NCBI GenBank assembly: GCA_020056635.1 | Contig: JAGVHI010000024.1 | Span: 2,317-66,316 of the forward strand | Direction of reading: 5' to 3' | DNA length: 64,000 nucleotides | From: an archaeon | GTDB taxonomy: Archaea; Micrarchaeota; Micrarchaeia; Anstonellales; Anstonellaceae | In this document: piece by piece, positions 49,199 through 59,087 of the stretch | How the letters are laid out: each line of letters starts with the position of its first letter | Numbering within the stretch: position 1 is the stretch's first letter | Notes under the pieces: generated by a model | Databases searched by the model: none | What the model was told of the DNA's origin: nothing | What the model saw: the letters and a program-made list of their open reading frames with translations, nothing else | Position numbers and translations under genes: made by a program

Positions 49199-50191
49199 TT
49201 ATACGAAATCTATTTCAAAACTGAAATCGGCTTTGCTGCCCGTGCTTTGCGGATTGGATTTCCAGAGCTTGAAATTGATATGCGATGGATACTCGCTTAC
49301 AACAAATCCGGTGTCAGGCTCAAATGGGCTTCCGTTGTTGCATCCGCCTTCATACCTGCAGCTTCCGCCAAGGTGGATGAACGTGAGCAATTGCACCGGG
49401 CCGTCAGCTATCCTCCCGCCATCAACGCGGTCAGGTGCTATTCCGGCTGATTTGTTCAAGTCCGCATATGCGAATTCGTAACCGAAATCCCTTGCGTTGA
49501 AGCTATACAGGAAGAGCGTGAAATTGGTTGAGAATCTTGACCAATGATTTGATTTCTGCTCCTCCGCCAGTCTGGTGAGGTTGTAAACCGCAACTGCACT
49601 GGATTCGTTTGGGTAATACACAAGGCTTATCGGGCGAGGGTAGGCAGGGGTGCAATTGCCATAATCATAGGTGACAAAATCCTGGTCAAGGACTAAGAGA
49701 AGATAGGGGTTTATGACGCTGCGGGATTCTTCAGAAGGCCCCTCTATGTTAGGATATTCCTCGCTATTGCAGAACTGGCCCGTCACGCCCCACCATGGCT
49801 TCTTGTCGTCTATTTGCCCGAACACCGGGGAATATGGGGAATAGTTCCCTTCCACCAAATCGTATTGGGAAACGTACATGTTGCGCATGGAGAGCACTTC
49901 GCGCTTTGTGAGCCAGTCAAACTCTACAGGTTCATTCAGCCGTATTTCCACCCTCTCGCTTGCATTTGGGCCGGTTTTGAGCCTGTTTGGAGCCGGAGAA
50001 GTGCAAAAGTCAGTGCCGTTTGCAAGAAGGCAGGAGGAGCCGCCATTTGGCGTGATTGATGGGGAGGGGGGAGAATGCTGAGTGAAAGGGATTTCAAGCA
50101 TGCCATTGAGAAAAAGGGCCAAAACAACAAGGAAAAGAAGGAAAACATTGGCTGCAATCAGCAAGGCAAGTTTCAGCCTACGGCCATCCAT
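49199..50191 (-). CDS. Membrane-anchored exported hypothetical protein
   Basis: N-terminal TM, many NxS/T sequons, Cys pairs (GGSC...GGCNN.SP). Confidence 0.75.
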   Translation of the reverse strand: MDGRRLKLALLIAANVFLLFLVVLALFLNGMLEIPFTQHSPPSPSITPNGGSSCLLANGTDFCTSPAPNRLKTGPNASERVEIRLNEPVEFDWLTKREVLSMRNMYVSQYDLVEGNYSPYSPVFGQIDDKKPWWGVTGQFCNSEEYPNIEGPSEESRSVINPYLLLVLDQDFVTYDYGNCTPAYPRPISLVYYPNESSAVAVYNLTRLAEEQKSNHWSRFSTNFTLFLYSFNARDFGYEFAYADLNKSAGIAPDRVDGGRIADGPVQLLTFIHLGGSCRYEGGCNNGSPFEPDTGFVVSEYPSHINFKLWKSNPQSTGSKADFSFEIDFV

Positions 50192-50331
50192 AATATTTGA
50201 AGGGATGCTTCGTTTATAAGTATGGAGGATAGCCGCACAACGGCGTTCTCCTCATGATTAAAAAGCAATAGCCGAGAAATGCATCTGAAACAGGGAACGA
50301 GCCTATATTATAACCAGCGACCAGGGAAACG

Positions 50332-51720
50332 ATGGACAATCTCCTAGAAGCCCCGATATTAAAGAAGGAATTGGGATTGCTCGGAAGCTTCTCTATGGGA
50401 TTTGCCGATGTGGGGGCTGACATTTTCCTTGCGCTGGGCCTTATTGCGGCATATGCGCACGGGCTTATGCCATTTGCGATATTGGTTGCATCGGTGGTGT
50501 ATGTTTGCTCTGGGTTTGCGTATGCTGAGCTTGCTGCCGCCATTCCTGTGAGCGGCGGCTCTTCCGCATTCGGGAAAAGGGCGTTTGGGAAATGGGCAGG
50601 CTTTCTCGCAGGCTGGGGCCTGATATTGGATTACACCATTGATGTCGCGCTGTTTGCAGTTGCATCAGCAGGCTATCTTTCGTTTTTCATCCCGCAAATA
50701 GGAGTTCTCCTGCCGCTGGTTGCGGCGTTCCTCATATTCGTGCTTTTGCTTGTGAATTTGCTTGGGATTAGGGAATCGTCAGCAATAAATTCGTTCCTTA
50801 CCCTTGTGGTGATCGGGATTCTTGCTGCGCTCATTTTTTTCGGGTTCCAGTATGCATTCAAATTGGACACGTTACTTGGGGCAATAAAATCCATAGAGAT
50901 TGACCCGGGAATGGACAGTTTCCTGTATTCGATTACGCTTGCGATGGTTGCATTTGTAGGGATTGAGAGCATATCGCAGGGGGCTGAGGAAACAAAGAAC
51001 CCTGGAAAAGTGATTCCCAGGGCAACGCTGCTTGCGGTTGTTTGTGTTGTGCTGTTTGCAGTTGTGCTCTCCACCATGGCACTGGGGATTGTATCTTACA
51101 AAACATTGGCAGATAATATGAACAGCCCGCTTGTGCCGATTGCAAAAGCATTGCCTTTCACTGATATTATAGTGCCAGTGATTGCTGCATGCGGGTTTTT
51201 GATCTGCTTCGTGTCTGCGAATACCGGCATAATAGGGGTGTCAAGAGTGGCGTTTTCGATGAGCGGGGCTGGGTTTATCACAAGGAAAGTGCAGTGGGTG
51301 CACCCGAATTACCGCACCCCGTGGCTTACGATAATTATTTTCTCATTGATTGCCATGGGCCTTGCGTTCACAGGGGATATGGTGTTCTTGGGGGAGCTGT
51401 ATGCGTTCGGTGCGCTGACCGCGTATACTGTGACCAATGCCTCGCTCATTGCGCTGCGGTTCAAGGAGCCGGATTTGCACAGGCCGTTCAAAATGCCATT
51501 GAATATCAGAGTAGGGAAAGGGGAGATTTCGCTGATTTCAATCGTCGGGCTTGTAAGCTGCATAGCAGTGTTTTTCCTGGTAGCCACGCTGCACACTGAA
51601 GGCAGGAATTTTGCGTTTGTGTGGTTTGCTGCGGGGATATTGTATTTCGTCTGGTATGGGGGTTACCGGGAAAAAGCGGATAGGAATACTGCCCTCAAAG
51701 GGATAGAAACCGTATCATGA
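50332..51720 (+). CDS. APC-family amino acid permease
   Basis: LKKELG, YAEL....P.SGG, AFVG.E......EE.KNP...P, HP..RTP, RPFK.P; about 12 TM. Confidence 0.92.
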   Translation: MDNLLEAPILKKELGLLGSFSMGFADVGADIFLALGLIAAYAHGLMPFAILVASVVYVCSGFAYAELAAAIPVSGGSSAFGKRAFGKWAGFLAGWGLILDYTIDVALFAVASAGYLSFFIPQIGVLLPLVAAFLIFVLLLVNLLGIRESSAINSFLTLVVIGILAALIFFGFQYAFKLDTLLGAIKSIEIDPGMDSFLYSITLAMVAFVGIESISQGAEETKNPGKVIPRATLLAVVCVVLFAVVLSTMALGIVSYKTLADNMNSPLVPIAKALPFTDIIVPVIAACGFLICFVSANTGIIGVSRVAFSMSGAGFITRKVQWVHPNYRTPWLTIIIFSLIAMGLAFTGDMVFLGELYAFGALTAYTVTNASLIALRFKEPDLHRPFKMPLNIRVGKGEISLISIVGLVSCIAVFFLVATLHTEGRNFAFVWFAAGILYFVWYGGYREKADRNTALKGIETVS

Positions 51721-51766
51721 GATTCGTAAAAGAGTGCTGGAAGGCGAAAAGCTTTTCCTATTTCTG

Positions 51767-52519
51767 CTATGCTGCTCGTTCCAGAAAAGTGACTGCGGCT
51801 GCAATTATCGCAATCCCAAGCAACATGAGCGCAAGCTGTTTTACGGATTCCTTGGGCCGCACGTCCTTGTGCAGCTCAGGGACGACGTCTGCACTTGCAA
51901 TGTAGATGAACATGCCTGCAGTGAACGCAAGGCCGTAGAACGAGAGGTGCGCAACAAACGGGGCTATGTAGTAGAAAGAAACAGCCCCTACGACAGCAGT
52001 GAGCGCGGAGAGGAAGTTGAATGCAAGCGCCCGGGTTTTTTCCATCCCGCTGTAAAGCAGCAGGCTGAAATCCCCTATCTCCTGGGGGATTTCGTGCAAA
52101 ATGACTGCGATGGTAGTAGTCATGCCCAGTGCAGGGCTTGAGATGAACGCAGCCGAGATTGCGATGCCGTCAAAGAAGTTGTGCAGCCCGTCTCCAATCA
52201 GGTTCAGGTAGCCCAATGGCTTTACCTTGCTTGAGTGCTTTGAGGAGTGGTGGTGGTGCCACATTATCATCTTCTCAAGTATGAAGAAAGCTATGAAGCC
52301 AACAAGTGCTGCAAGCATTGCAGACTGAATTTCAATCCCTTCGAGCGATTCAGGTATGAGGTCAAGGAATGCAGCTCCAAGTAATGTGCCGCCAGAGAGG
52401 CTTACAAGCAGCGGGAGAAGCTCGTTTAGCCTCTTTTGGTTCATTGATAGGAAGAGGATGCCTGCAAGCGAGGCTGCGCTCACTATGAGCGTTGCTGCGA
52501 TTATCAGCTCCAGCACCAT
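51767..52519 (-). CDS. ZIP family metal transporter
   Basis: His-rich loop, GDGLHNFFDG, HEIPQEIGDF, YIA..D..PEL. Confidence 0.93.
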   Translation of the reverse strand: MVLELIIAATLIVSAASLAGILFLSMNQKRLNELLPLLVSLSGGTLLGAAFLDLIPESLEGIEIQSAMLAALVGFIAFFILEKMIMWHHHHSSKHSSKVKPLGYLNLIGDGLHNFFDGIAISAAFISSPALGMTTTIAVILHEIPQEIGDFSLLLYSGMEKTRALAFNFLSALTAVVGAVSFYYIAPFVAHLSFYGLAFTAGMFIYIASADVVPELHKDVRPKESVKQLALMLLGIAIIAAAVTFLERAA

Positions 52520-52533
52520 AACTGTTCTTTTGG

Positions 52534-52564
52534 GTTATTAACTTTTAAATATATTGTTAATAAC
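52534..52564. promoter_or_regulatory. Candidate NikR-type operator between the divergent ZIP and NikR genes
   Basis: GTTATTAAC-N13-GTTAATAAC perfect inverted repeat straddling a TTTAAATA TATA box. Confidence 0.55.
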
Positions 52565-52608
52565 ATATCCGGTGCGGCTTATAAGGCTGATAATAAGCGA
52601 GGGATTGG

Positions 52609-52992
52609 ATGCCCATAGTGAGCATGTCGCTTGATGAGAAGACACTGCGGGAGCTGGACGGGCTGTCTGGGCAGCTGGGCTTTGCGGGGCGGTCCGAAGC
52701 GCTTAGGGCAGGTGTGAAGAAGCTTGTTTCGGAGAACCGCGAGCTCTCAAGGCTTTCTGGGAAAATGAAGGCTGTGCTGCTTTTGGTGCATGGAAAGGAA
52801 GCAGAGGAGAGGGCAACTTCGTTCAAGCATTCGTACGACGATATTGTCTCAACACAAGTGCACACTGATTTGAAAGAAGGGAAGTGCTTGGAAATATTTG
52901 TGCTGGAAGGGGAGGCAGGCAGGATTAAAGAGATGGTGGGGCAGGCGCAAACAAACAGGAAAATTGATTATTGCAGGCTGGTCGTGCCCTAG
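52609..52992 (+). CDS. NikR/CopG ribbon-helix-helix metalloregulator
   Basis: IVS.SL...L.ELD......G..GRSEA.R; C-terminal H, H, STQVH....CLEIFVL.G. Confidence 0.88.
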   Translation: MPIVSMSLDEKTLRELDGLSGQLGFAGRSEALRAGVKKLVSENRELSRLSGKMKAVLLLVHGKEAEERATSFKHSYDDIVSTQVHTDLKEGKCLEIFVLEGEAGRIKEMVGQAQTNRKIDYCRLVVP

Positions 52993-52995
52993 CGC

Positions 52996-53463
52996 CTATT
53001 CCCCAAGGCCGGAAACGAATATTTCTTTTGAGTTGTTTGCATCTAGCGCGAGCGGGATGTCAAGCTTCACTGAAAGGGTCCAGATGTGTATCTTGTTGTC
53101 GTGCCCGAATTCGCGGCTTGTAGGAGGCGCGTCTTCCGGAAGCTGGAACTGAACTTGATACTCCCCTGATTGGAACGTGCCTTCGCCTGCGACCTGCTTT
53201 TCCTGCCTGTAGCGCTCGCGAGAGCGCTCCTGAACCTCGGTTCGGAGTTCGGTTGTGCGCGGCACCCCAAGCTCGTGCTCTCGAGCAAAATCGTACTGGT
53301 CTATTACTTTTGTGACCTTTTCGCGCGAGCGCTCGCTGCAAACTAGGGTTGCGAATATTCCCCGAGCCTTGGTTGGTTTGGGAAGCGAGAGGGAGATTTT
53401 TGCGATTATTGTGCTCCCTGGGGAGTAGGAATCGCAATCGGGGGTTAGTTCTATCATAAGCAT
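52996..53463 (-). CDS. Arrestin/Spo0M-like beta-sandwich protein
   Basis: YSPG..I...I.L...KP.KARG, G.Y..F.LP..APP, W.L.VKLDIP...D. Confidence 0.55.
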   Translation of the reverse strand: MLMIELTPDCDSYSPGSTIIAKISLSLPKPTKARGIFATLVCSERSREKVTKVIDQYDFAREHELGVPRTTELRTEVQERSRERYRQEKQVAGEGTFQSGEYQVQFQLPEDAPPTSREFGHDNKIHIWTLSVKLDIPLALDANNSKEIFVSGLGE

Positions 53464-53533
53464 CAGTTGAGAGAAGATAGAAAAAGGGGAATATTTAAAT
53501 ATAAAGTGGGAGAAAATATATTCAGGTGTCTTA

Positions 53534-55234
53534 TTGGAATTGAAACATGCCAGCCCTAATGCACGGCCTCCAAAAATTGCGAGGTGGGCGAGGAATACTG
53601 CAATTGTGATTGCAACTGTAGCGGTGCTTGCGTTTGGGGGAAGGGCGCTTGCGAACGAGCCAAATATGGCGAGCCAGCAGGGCGATGGGAAAGCTAATTC
53701 CGGGGAAGTGCACAAGGCGCAGGATAAGAAAGCGACTGTCTCTGAATGGCGCACGAAGGGCGTGGTTGACAATTCAACAGTATCTGGCATCTGCATACAG
53801 GCAGTTGCGCAAAGGCTTGGGATGGGCGCACAGGAGGCGCTAGGGGCGCTTTATGGGAGCCCGCAGACAAGGAAAGCGATGGAGCGGATGGTTGCGGGAG
53901 TGATGGGGGATAATGGAGTAAAGAATGCAAAAAAGCTTCGGGTCGGGGCTGAAATAACTGTTTCTGGGGAAAGGGTAGATACTGCTGTTTCACAAATTAG
54001 GGCTGCGCTTGGAACGCAGGGAAGCGGGGCTGGAACGAGCGTTACATTCACAATGCCCGCAGGAGCTGATTCGTGCCTTGATGGAGGGCAGTTGGTTGTA
54101 CCGATTACTCCTAAACAAGCTCCAGACACTTCTAATGCTGCACATGCCAAGCCAGAGGTGGCAAAGCGTGATACACAGCCTGCACAAGCAAGCCAGCCGG
54201 AAATTGTGCAGCCTTCAGGCAATTCTGTCCGCGGATGGGGCTTTAGGCTTGATGGGAATATGAAAATGCTTCTTGGGATTATTGGGCTGGGAGCGCTTTG
54301 GGGCTGGCTTGAGCTTAGGGCAAAGCATTATGGGGAGCTGGGAGATGCCATGAGCATCGGGCCTTACATCCTAAGCTCTGACAGAAGGTCGGCTGAATCT
54401 GAATTCGAGCGAAACCATCAGACAGATGAGGGAAGGCTTAGGCAAATGGGCATTAATTTTATAAGGAGCAATTTTGTGGAGAGGAACTGGCCTGAATTCA
54501 CGCTTGGTGGAAATGGAAAGGACAGCAACAGCGTGATACTTGAGCATGTGAGCAATGTGGGTGATAAGGAACTGTATTTCCTCATGTCAAAGCTGGCCAG
54601 GAACATGTTTGAGGGCGGGAAGGTCACGTATTATGATTTAGCTTATGCACTTCAGGAAAAGGCAAAAGGGCTTGCAGGCACAAGCGAAATGGGAAAGAAG
54701 ATTGACAAACTTGTTGAAGAGAAGCTAGTGAGCATGAATGGGAAAGTTGAGAAGATAGAGGAAGCAGTGCTTGCTGCTGAGAGGGAAGTGCTAAAGGGGC
54801 TGATTGAGGAGAGGCTTAGGAATATTGAGCGGAACGGGCCTGATCCTGATGGGAGCGGCGGCCGCAGTACAAGTGCAGTTGAGCTTGGAGTGGAGAATAG
54901 AACGGGCATTTTGACAGAGGCAGTTGTTGGCGATGGGAGCGGAGCGAGCGGGCTTTTGCTTGACAGGTTCAGCATAGGAGGAATACCCAAAGCCAGGATG
55001 CAGGAGTTCAAGGACCTGATTGGAGCTGCATCAGAGCTTCGAACCGAGGCGAAAAGAGGGGACAAGAAAGTCGTTTATGAAATGGTCCGCGAGGAAGTGC
55101 TTGCGAAGTTTGGAATGAGGATTTCAGATGCGACTATTTTGAAATATGCGAGAAAGTTCGGGCAGAAGCCGGTTGAGAGCAAGGTGCAGATAGTGGAGTT
55201 TGCACCAGAGAATGAGCTTCCGCTTGCAGCTTGA
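53534..55234 (+). CDS. Large orphan membrane protein (signal/TM, ectodomain, TM, charged cytoplasmic domain)
   Basis: 566-aa ORF with two hydrophobic segments; TTTAAATA upstream. Confidence 0.7.
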   Translation: MELKHASPNARPPKIARWARNTAIVIATVAVLAFGGRALANEPNMASQQGDGKANSGEVHKAQDKKATVSEWRTKGVVDNSTVSGICIQAVAQRLGMGAQEALGALYGSPQTRKAMERMVAGVMGDNGVKNAKKLRVGAEITVSGERVDTAVSQIRAALGTQGSGAGTSVTFTMPAGADSCLDGGQLVVPITPKQAPDTSNAAHAKPEVAKRDTQPAQASQPEIVQPSGNSVRGWGFRLDGNMKMLLGIIGLGALWGWLELRAKHYGELGDAMSIGPYILSSDRRSAESEFERNHQTDEGRLRQMGINFIRSNFVERNWPEFTLGGNGKDSNSVILEHVSNVGDKELYFLMSKLARNMFEGGKVTYYDLAYALQEKAKGLAGTSEMGKKIDKLVEEKLVSMNGKVEKIEEAVLAAEREVLKGLIEERLRNIERNGPDPDGSGGRSTSAVELGVENRTGILTEAVVGDGSGASGLLLDRFSIGGIPKARMQEFKDLIGAASELRTEAKRGDKKVVYEMVREEVLAKFGMRISDATILKYARKFGQKPVESKVQIVEFAPENELPLAA

Positions 55235-55237
55235 GCA

Positions 55238-55540
55238 CTATTTTTTTTCCGGAGCAGGAGAAACCGATTCCTGAGCTTGGATTGTTGGCGAGAGCGCAAG
55301 CATCCCGAACCAGACTGCATAAATCACCACAGTGATAACAAGCCCGAGCAATATATCGTGCGCAATGTTTGGGCCGATTAGGGTGAGCTGCCCGTTCCAC
55401 CAGTGGTCAACGATGCCGAATATGGCACCGCCGCCAAGCAGGAGGGAAAGCTGGTGCCCGGGAATGTCCTTTTTCTTCCCGAAGAAGCGGTGCGCGAGGA
55501 TCATTGCAGCTGCGCTGGTTGGAATGACATAGCATACCAT
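55238..55540 (-). CDS. Small membrane protein (GIVDHWWNG motif)
   Basis: Three TM segments, C-Y at the N-terminus; end of the EamA-DUF6390 operon. Confidence 0.7.
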   Translation of the reverse strand: MVCYVIPTSAAAMILAHRFFGKKKDIPGHQLSLLLGGGAIFGIVDHWWNGQLTLIGPNIAHDILLGLVITVVIYAVWFGMLALSPTIQAQESVSPAPEKK

Positions 55541-55570
55541 TCTGATCACCTGCAAGTAGCAGCCTGTTGG

Positions 55571-56311
55571 CTATTTTAAGCGTTTGCCCAGTGTGTTTGC
55601 GGCTAAAAGATTGAGCTTGGTGTACTTTTCCAGGGATTTGGCTTGCATGCGTGTTAGCTTCATGGTTGCTATGCCCCAGTGGGTTGCAAGCAAATCGCCT
55701 TTTTTGGGGCTGGAAATGAGTTGTATGCCTGCGCAGGAGAGCTTTACTTTGCGGAGCGAGGGGATGAGAATGAGCGTTCCTGCCTTGCGAACTAGCGTTT
55801 GGCTTTTGAGGAGAGCAGATTGCCCGTTCGCGCTAACTACTTTGCCCCAGGAAGGGCGGCAGGAGTCTGCAACCGGAAGCGAGCGGCGGACCACCCCGGT
55901 GATCGAGCCTATGAAAAGAGGGTGGAATGAGTGGTGCGGGAGTGCACGCGCTGGAATGAGGGAGGCGATTGCACGCGCTTTTTTTGGAGCGAGGAGGGAA
56001 GGGCCGTTGAAATCCTGCGCGATTAGTTTTTGCAAATCCCTATTGCGCACCTTATCCAGCAATTTGTTCCCGAGCCAGAGTGCCTCGGAAACCCCAGGCG
56101 AGAAGGGGGAGAGATTATTTGCGCGTGCGATGAGCGAAAGGTAGGAGTAGTGAGCTTTGAATTTTTTCAATTCTGATTCAAGCAATTTGCGGGAAGAAGG
56201 GGAGCGGGCCCAGAGGAATGCGGAGAGGGCTTTTGCGAAAGTGCGCTTGCCGCAGTATCGCCTTGAATTGGGGGGAAGCGCAAACCGTGCAGAAAGCTCA
56301 AGCGGGTCCAT
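55571..56311 (-). CDS. DUF6390-like protein
   Basis: ARFALPPN...YCG, YL.LIA..N...PF...V.EA.WLGN.LL, PHHSFH, CR..WG.V, HW. Confidence 0.8.
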   Translation of the reverse strand: MDPLELSARFALPPNSRRYCGKRTFAKALSAFLWARSPSSRKLLESELKKFKAHYSYLSLIARANNLSPFSPGVSEALWLGNKLLDKVRNRDLQKLIAQDFNGPSLLAPKKARAIASLIPARALPHHSFHPLFIGSITGVVRRSLPVADSCRPSWGKVVSANGQSALLKSQTLVRKAGTLILIPSLRKVKLSCAGIQLISSPKKGDLLATHWGIATMKLTRMQAKSLEKYTKLNLLAANTLGKRLK

Positions 56312-56314
56312 CTT

Positions 56315-57229
56315 TTAGCCACTCTGGAACCGGAGCCTAAGCCAGCGGAATGCAAGTAGGGATTGGGTGAAGCCTACTGTGAAAATCACCCCTGCTGCAA
56401 CCAGGAAAAAGCCTGCGGCCGTTTGCAGTGCGAGGGGCTTTCCTGCAAGCGCAAATGAGAGGAGCGCGCTTATCGGGCCCCCTAGTGTGAGAATTGCAGC
56501 GCATGAAATTAGGGGCGCGTTCTTGAGAGAGGAGTACCAAAGCGTCACGAATAGGGTGAGCAGCCCGACTGTTACTGCAACCCAGCCAAGGGAAGCGGGA
56601 GTGAGCGAGAGGAGAGCTCCGGCGTTCCCCTGCAATGCGAGTATGCAAAGTATTGTTATGGCGCCAATGCCCATGCGCGCGGAAGCGACCGTGGTTGGGG
56701 AAAGGGAGGCAAGTGCGAGCTTGGAGATTGCGTATTCAAGGGCCCAGAGCGCGGAAGCTGCAAGCACAAGCAGAACACCTTCGGAAAGGGAAAGCTGAAA
56801 GTTCCCGAGCAATAGGAAATTGCCTGCGAGCACTGCTAGTGCGCCTGCTGCGATTTTCCAATTGAGGCGCTCCTTGAGCAGCAGCATTGCTGTGCCTATT
56901 GAGAAAATGAATACAAATCGGTAGAGGAATGAGGAAACGGCGCCCGATAGGAGCAAGAGGCCCTGGAAATAGAGCACGAACGCTATGCCTCCGCCGATTA
57001 TTCCGGAAAGCAGGAGCAGGATTGCCTGCTTGCGGTTCAGCGAAAGGAACTCTTTGTGGCTTTTGAGCGCAAAACCAATTGATACGAGAATTGCGGCTAC
57101 AAGAACATTTTTTAGGAATGTATAGGCGGTTGGGTCCATTGCGAGGACGCCGAAGCTGTTTGCGAATACAGATATGCCGCTTACAAGTGCAGTGAGGTAG
57201 GCAAGAGCGATTCCTTTGTGGGATTCCAT
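56315..57229 (-). CDS. EamA/DMT family transporter
   Basis: GI.LA..TA.VSG.S.F.N, about 10 TM in two repeats, LLKE. Confidence 0.88.
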   Translation of the reverse strand: MESHKGIALAYLTALVSGISVFANSFGVLAMDPTAYTFLKNVLVAAILVSIGFALKSHKEFLSLNRKQAILLLLSGIIGGGIAFVLYFQGLLLLSGAVSSFLYRFVFIFSIGTAMLLLKERLNWKIAAGALAVLAGNFLLLGNFQLSLSEGVLLVLAASALWALEYAISKLALASLSPTTVASARMGIGAITILCILALQGNAGALLSLTPASLGWVAVTVGLLTLFVTLWYSSLKNAPLISCAAILTLGGPISALLSFALAGKPLALQTAAGFFLVAAGVIFTVGFTQSLLAFRWLRLRFQSG

Positions 57230-57245
57230 GAGCCAAGATTCATGG
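57226..57245. promoter_or_regulatory. ArsR-type operator overlapping the EamA start, in the EamA/hydrogenase divergent region
   Basis: CCATGA-N8-TCATGG; same TGA-N8-TCA core as the FTR1 site; next to a minus-strand TTTATAT TATA box. Confidence 0.45.
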
Positions 57246-57282
57246 GCTATGAATATAAACATTTCAATCGCATGCTAATTCA

Positions 57283-57759
57283 ATGGGGAAGAAACTGAAA
57301 GTTGCATGGGTGACTTTTGCGTGCTGCGAGGACAGCTCGATACTTTTTGTGGAATTGCTAAATGACCATTTTTTTGAGTGGAACGAGAAAATCGAGTTTC
57401 GGGTCTGCCGGATGCTGAAAAAAGCGGCACTGTTTGAGGATATTGATGTGGCGTTCATTGAGGGGGCTATCGCGCTGAAGGAGGATGAGGAGAAGCTTAG
57501 GCACCTGCGGGAAGTGTCAAAAAAAGTGGTTGCGGTAGGCTCGTGCGCCTGCACCGGGATGCCGTCTGCCCAGAGGAATTATTTTGACGAGAAAACAAAG
57601 GGCGAAATCGAGATGGTCATTAACAGGTTCGGGCACATGGAAAAGGTGGTCCCGTTAAAGAGCCTGGTGAAGGTGGATTATGAGGTGCCGGGCTGCCCGA
57701 TGGATGAAAAGGTTTTCCTTGAAGTGCTGCAGAAGTGCTTTTCGGAGTTTGGGGTGTAG
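57283..57759 (+). CDS. [NiFe]-hydrogenase small subunit (group 3b-like, truncated, proximal cluster domain only)
   Basis: ACCEDS, DVAFIEG, AVGSCA.TG, VD..VPGCP; only 158 aa. Confidence 0.88.
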   Translation: MGKKLKVAWVTFACCEDSSILFVELLNDHFFEWNEKIEFRVCRMLKKAALFEDIDVAFIEGAIALKEDEEKLRHLREVSKKVVAVGSCACTGMPSAQRNYFDEKTKGEIEMVINRFGHMEKVVPLKSLVKVDYEVPGCPMDEKVFLEVLQKCFSEFGV

Positions 57760-57761
57760 CG

Positions 57762-59087
57762 ATGCATGACGTTCCGGACATTGATATCAACATAAACAAT
57801 TTGAGCAAAATTGAGGGGCATGCAAACCTCGAGGTGAACGTGAGGAGGGGAAAGGTCGATGCGGTCAAGCTCAAAATTTCGGAGGCAAAGAGGTTTTTTA
57901 CCCAGAGTGTCCGCGGGAAGCCGGCATTAAGCGTGCCGCAGCTCGTATCAAGAATTTGCGGAACGTGCAGCATCGCGCATTTAACCTGCTGCATAGAGGC
58001 GGTTGAGGATGCAATGGGCATTAAGCCAAGCGAGCAAACCGTTGAGCTGCGGCACCTTACAATGGATGCCCTGATGATTCGCGACCATGCGATGCACTTG
58101 TATATTTTCTGCCTGCCCGATATTTTCGGCGTGGACAGCGTGCTTGAGCTTGCGAAGAAGGAGAGGGGGCTGCTTGAGGATGCATTGCTTGTGAAGAAAG
58201 CCGGGAATGAGCTGGGGAAATTGGTTGCTGGAAGGTCGGTGCACGCACCTTTCCCCGCGGTAGGGGGGTTTACCAAAGTCCCGAGCAATGAAGGAGCAAA
58301 GGAGCTTTTGCACGAGCTTGAGCACGCGCGGGAGCATGCCATAGGATTTGTGGACTTGTTCCATGACAATATGCAGGAATTTGAGCGGGAAACGCATTTC
58401 ATCGCGCTCAAGAATGAGAAATATGATTTCCTTGGTGGCGAAATTTGCTCTTCGGAGGGGTACTGCATCACGAGAGGGAATTTCCGCAACCACCTGACAA
58501 GCGTGGTTATGCCCTATTCGCAGTCCACTGGGTTTGAGTTTGCTGGAAAGGAGTATATGGTGGGGGCGCTTGCAAGGATGAATTTGAATAAAGAAGCGCT
58601 GCACCCGAACACCAAGAGGGATTGCGCCGGGTGCATTGGGCTGTTCCCCTCGCACAATGTGATGATGAACAACCTGGCGCAGGCAATTGAGATCGTGCAC
58701 TGCATGGACAGGGCGATGGACAGGCTGGAGGGCGCGGAGTTCAAGCCTGAGAAATACACCGTGCCGCCAGTAAAAGCTGGGAAGGGGATTGGGGTGATTG
58801 AGGCGCCCAGGGGAACATTGTATTATGATTTGGAGACTGATGAAAAAGGTCTGATAAAATACATCAATTTGGTGATTCCGACAGCGCAGAACCATGTGAA
58901 CATTGAGCGGGATATTGCAGTGCTGGTGGAAAGAGAGCTTGAGCAGATGGACAAGGATGAGATTTCGATGGAAATTGAGAAGCTCATCCGCGCTTACGAC
59001 CCTTGCATGAGCTGCGCGACGCACTTTTTGAAGGTAAAATGGAAAGGAGAAGCGCCAGCGCGCCCTTCTCGCAAGAGGAAGCGGTAG
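57762..59087 (+). CDS. [NiFe]-hydrogenase large subunit (group 3b-like)
   Basis: KIEGH, L1 RICGTCSIAH, VGALAR, EAPRG.L, PTAQN, L2 RAYDPCMSCATH plus cleavable extension. Confidence 0.95.
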   Translation: MHDVPDIDININNLSKIEGHANLEVNVRRGKVDAVKLKISEAKRFFTQSVRGKPALSVPQLVSRICGTCSIAHLTCCIEAVEDAMGIKPSEQTVELRHLTMDALMIRDHAMHLYIFCLPDIFGVDSVLELAKKERGLLEDALLVKKAGNELGKLVAGRSVHAPFPAVGGFTKVPSNEGAKELLHELEHAREHAIGFVDLFHDNMQEFERETHFIALKNEKYDFLGGEICSSEGYCITRGNFRNHLTSVVMPYSQSTGFEFAGKEYMVGALARMNLNKEALHPNTKRDCAGCIGLFPSHNVMMNNLAQAIEIVHCMDRAMDRLEGAEFKPEKYTVPPVKAGKGIGVIEAPRGTLYYDLETDEKGLIKYINLVIPTAQNHVNIERDIAVLVERELEQMDKDEISMEIEKLIRAYDPCMSCATHFLKVKWKGEAPARPSRKRKR

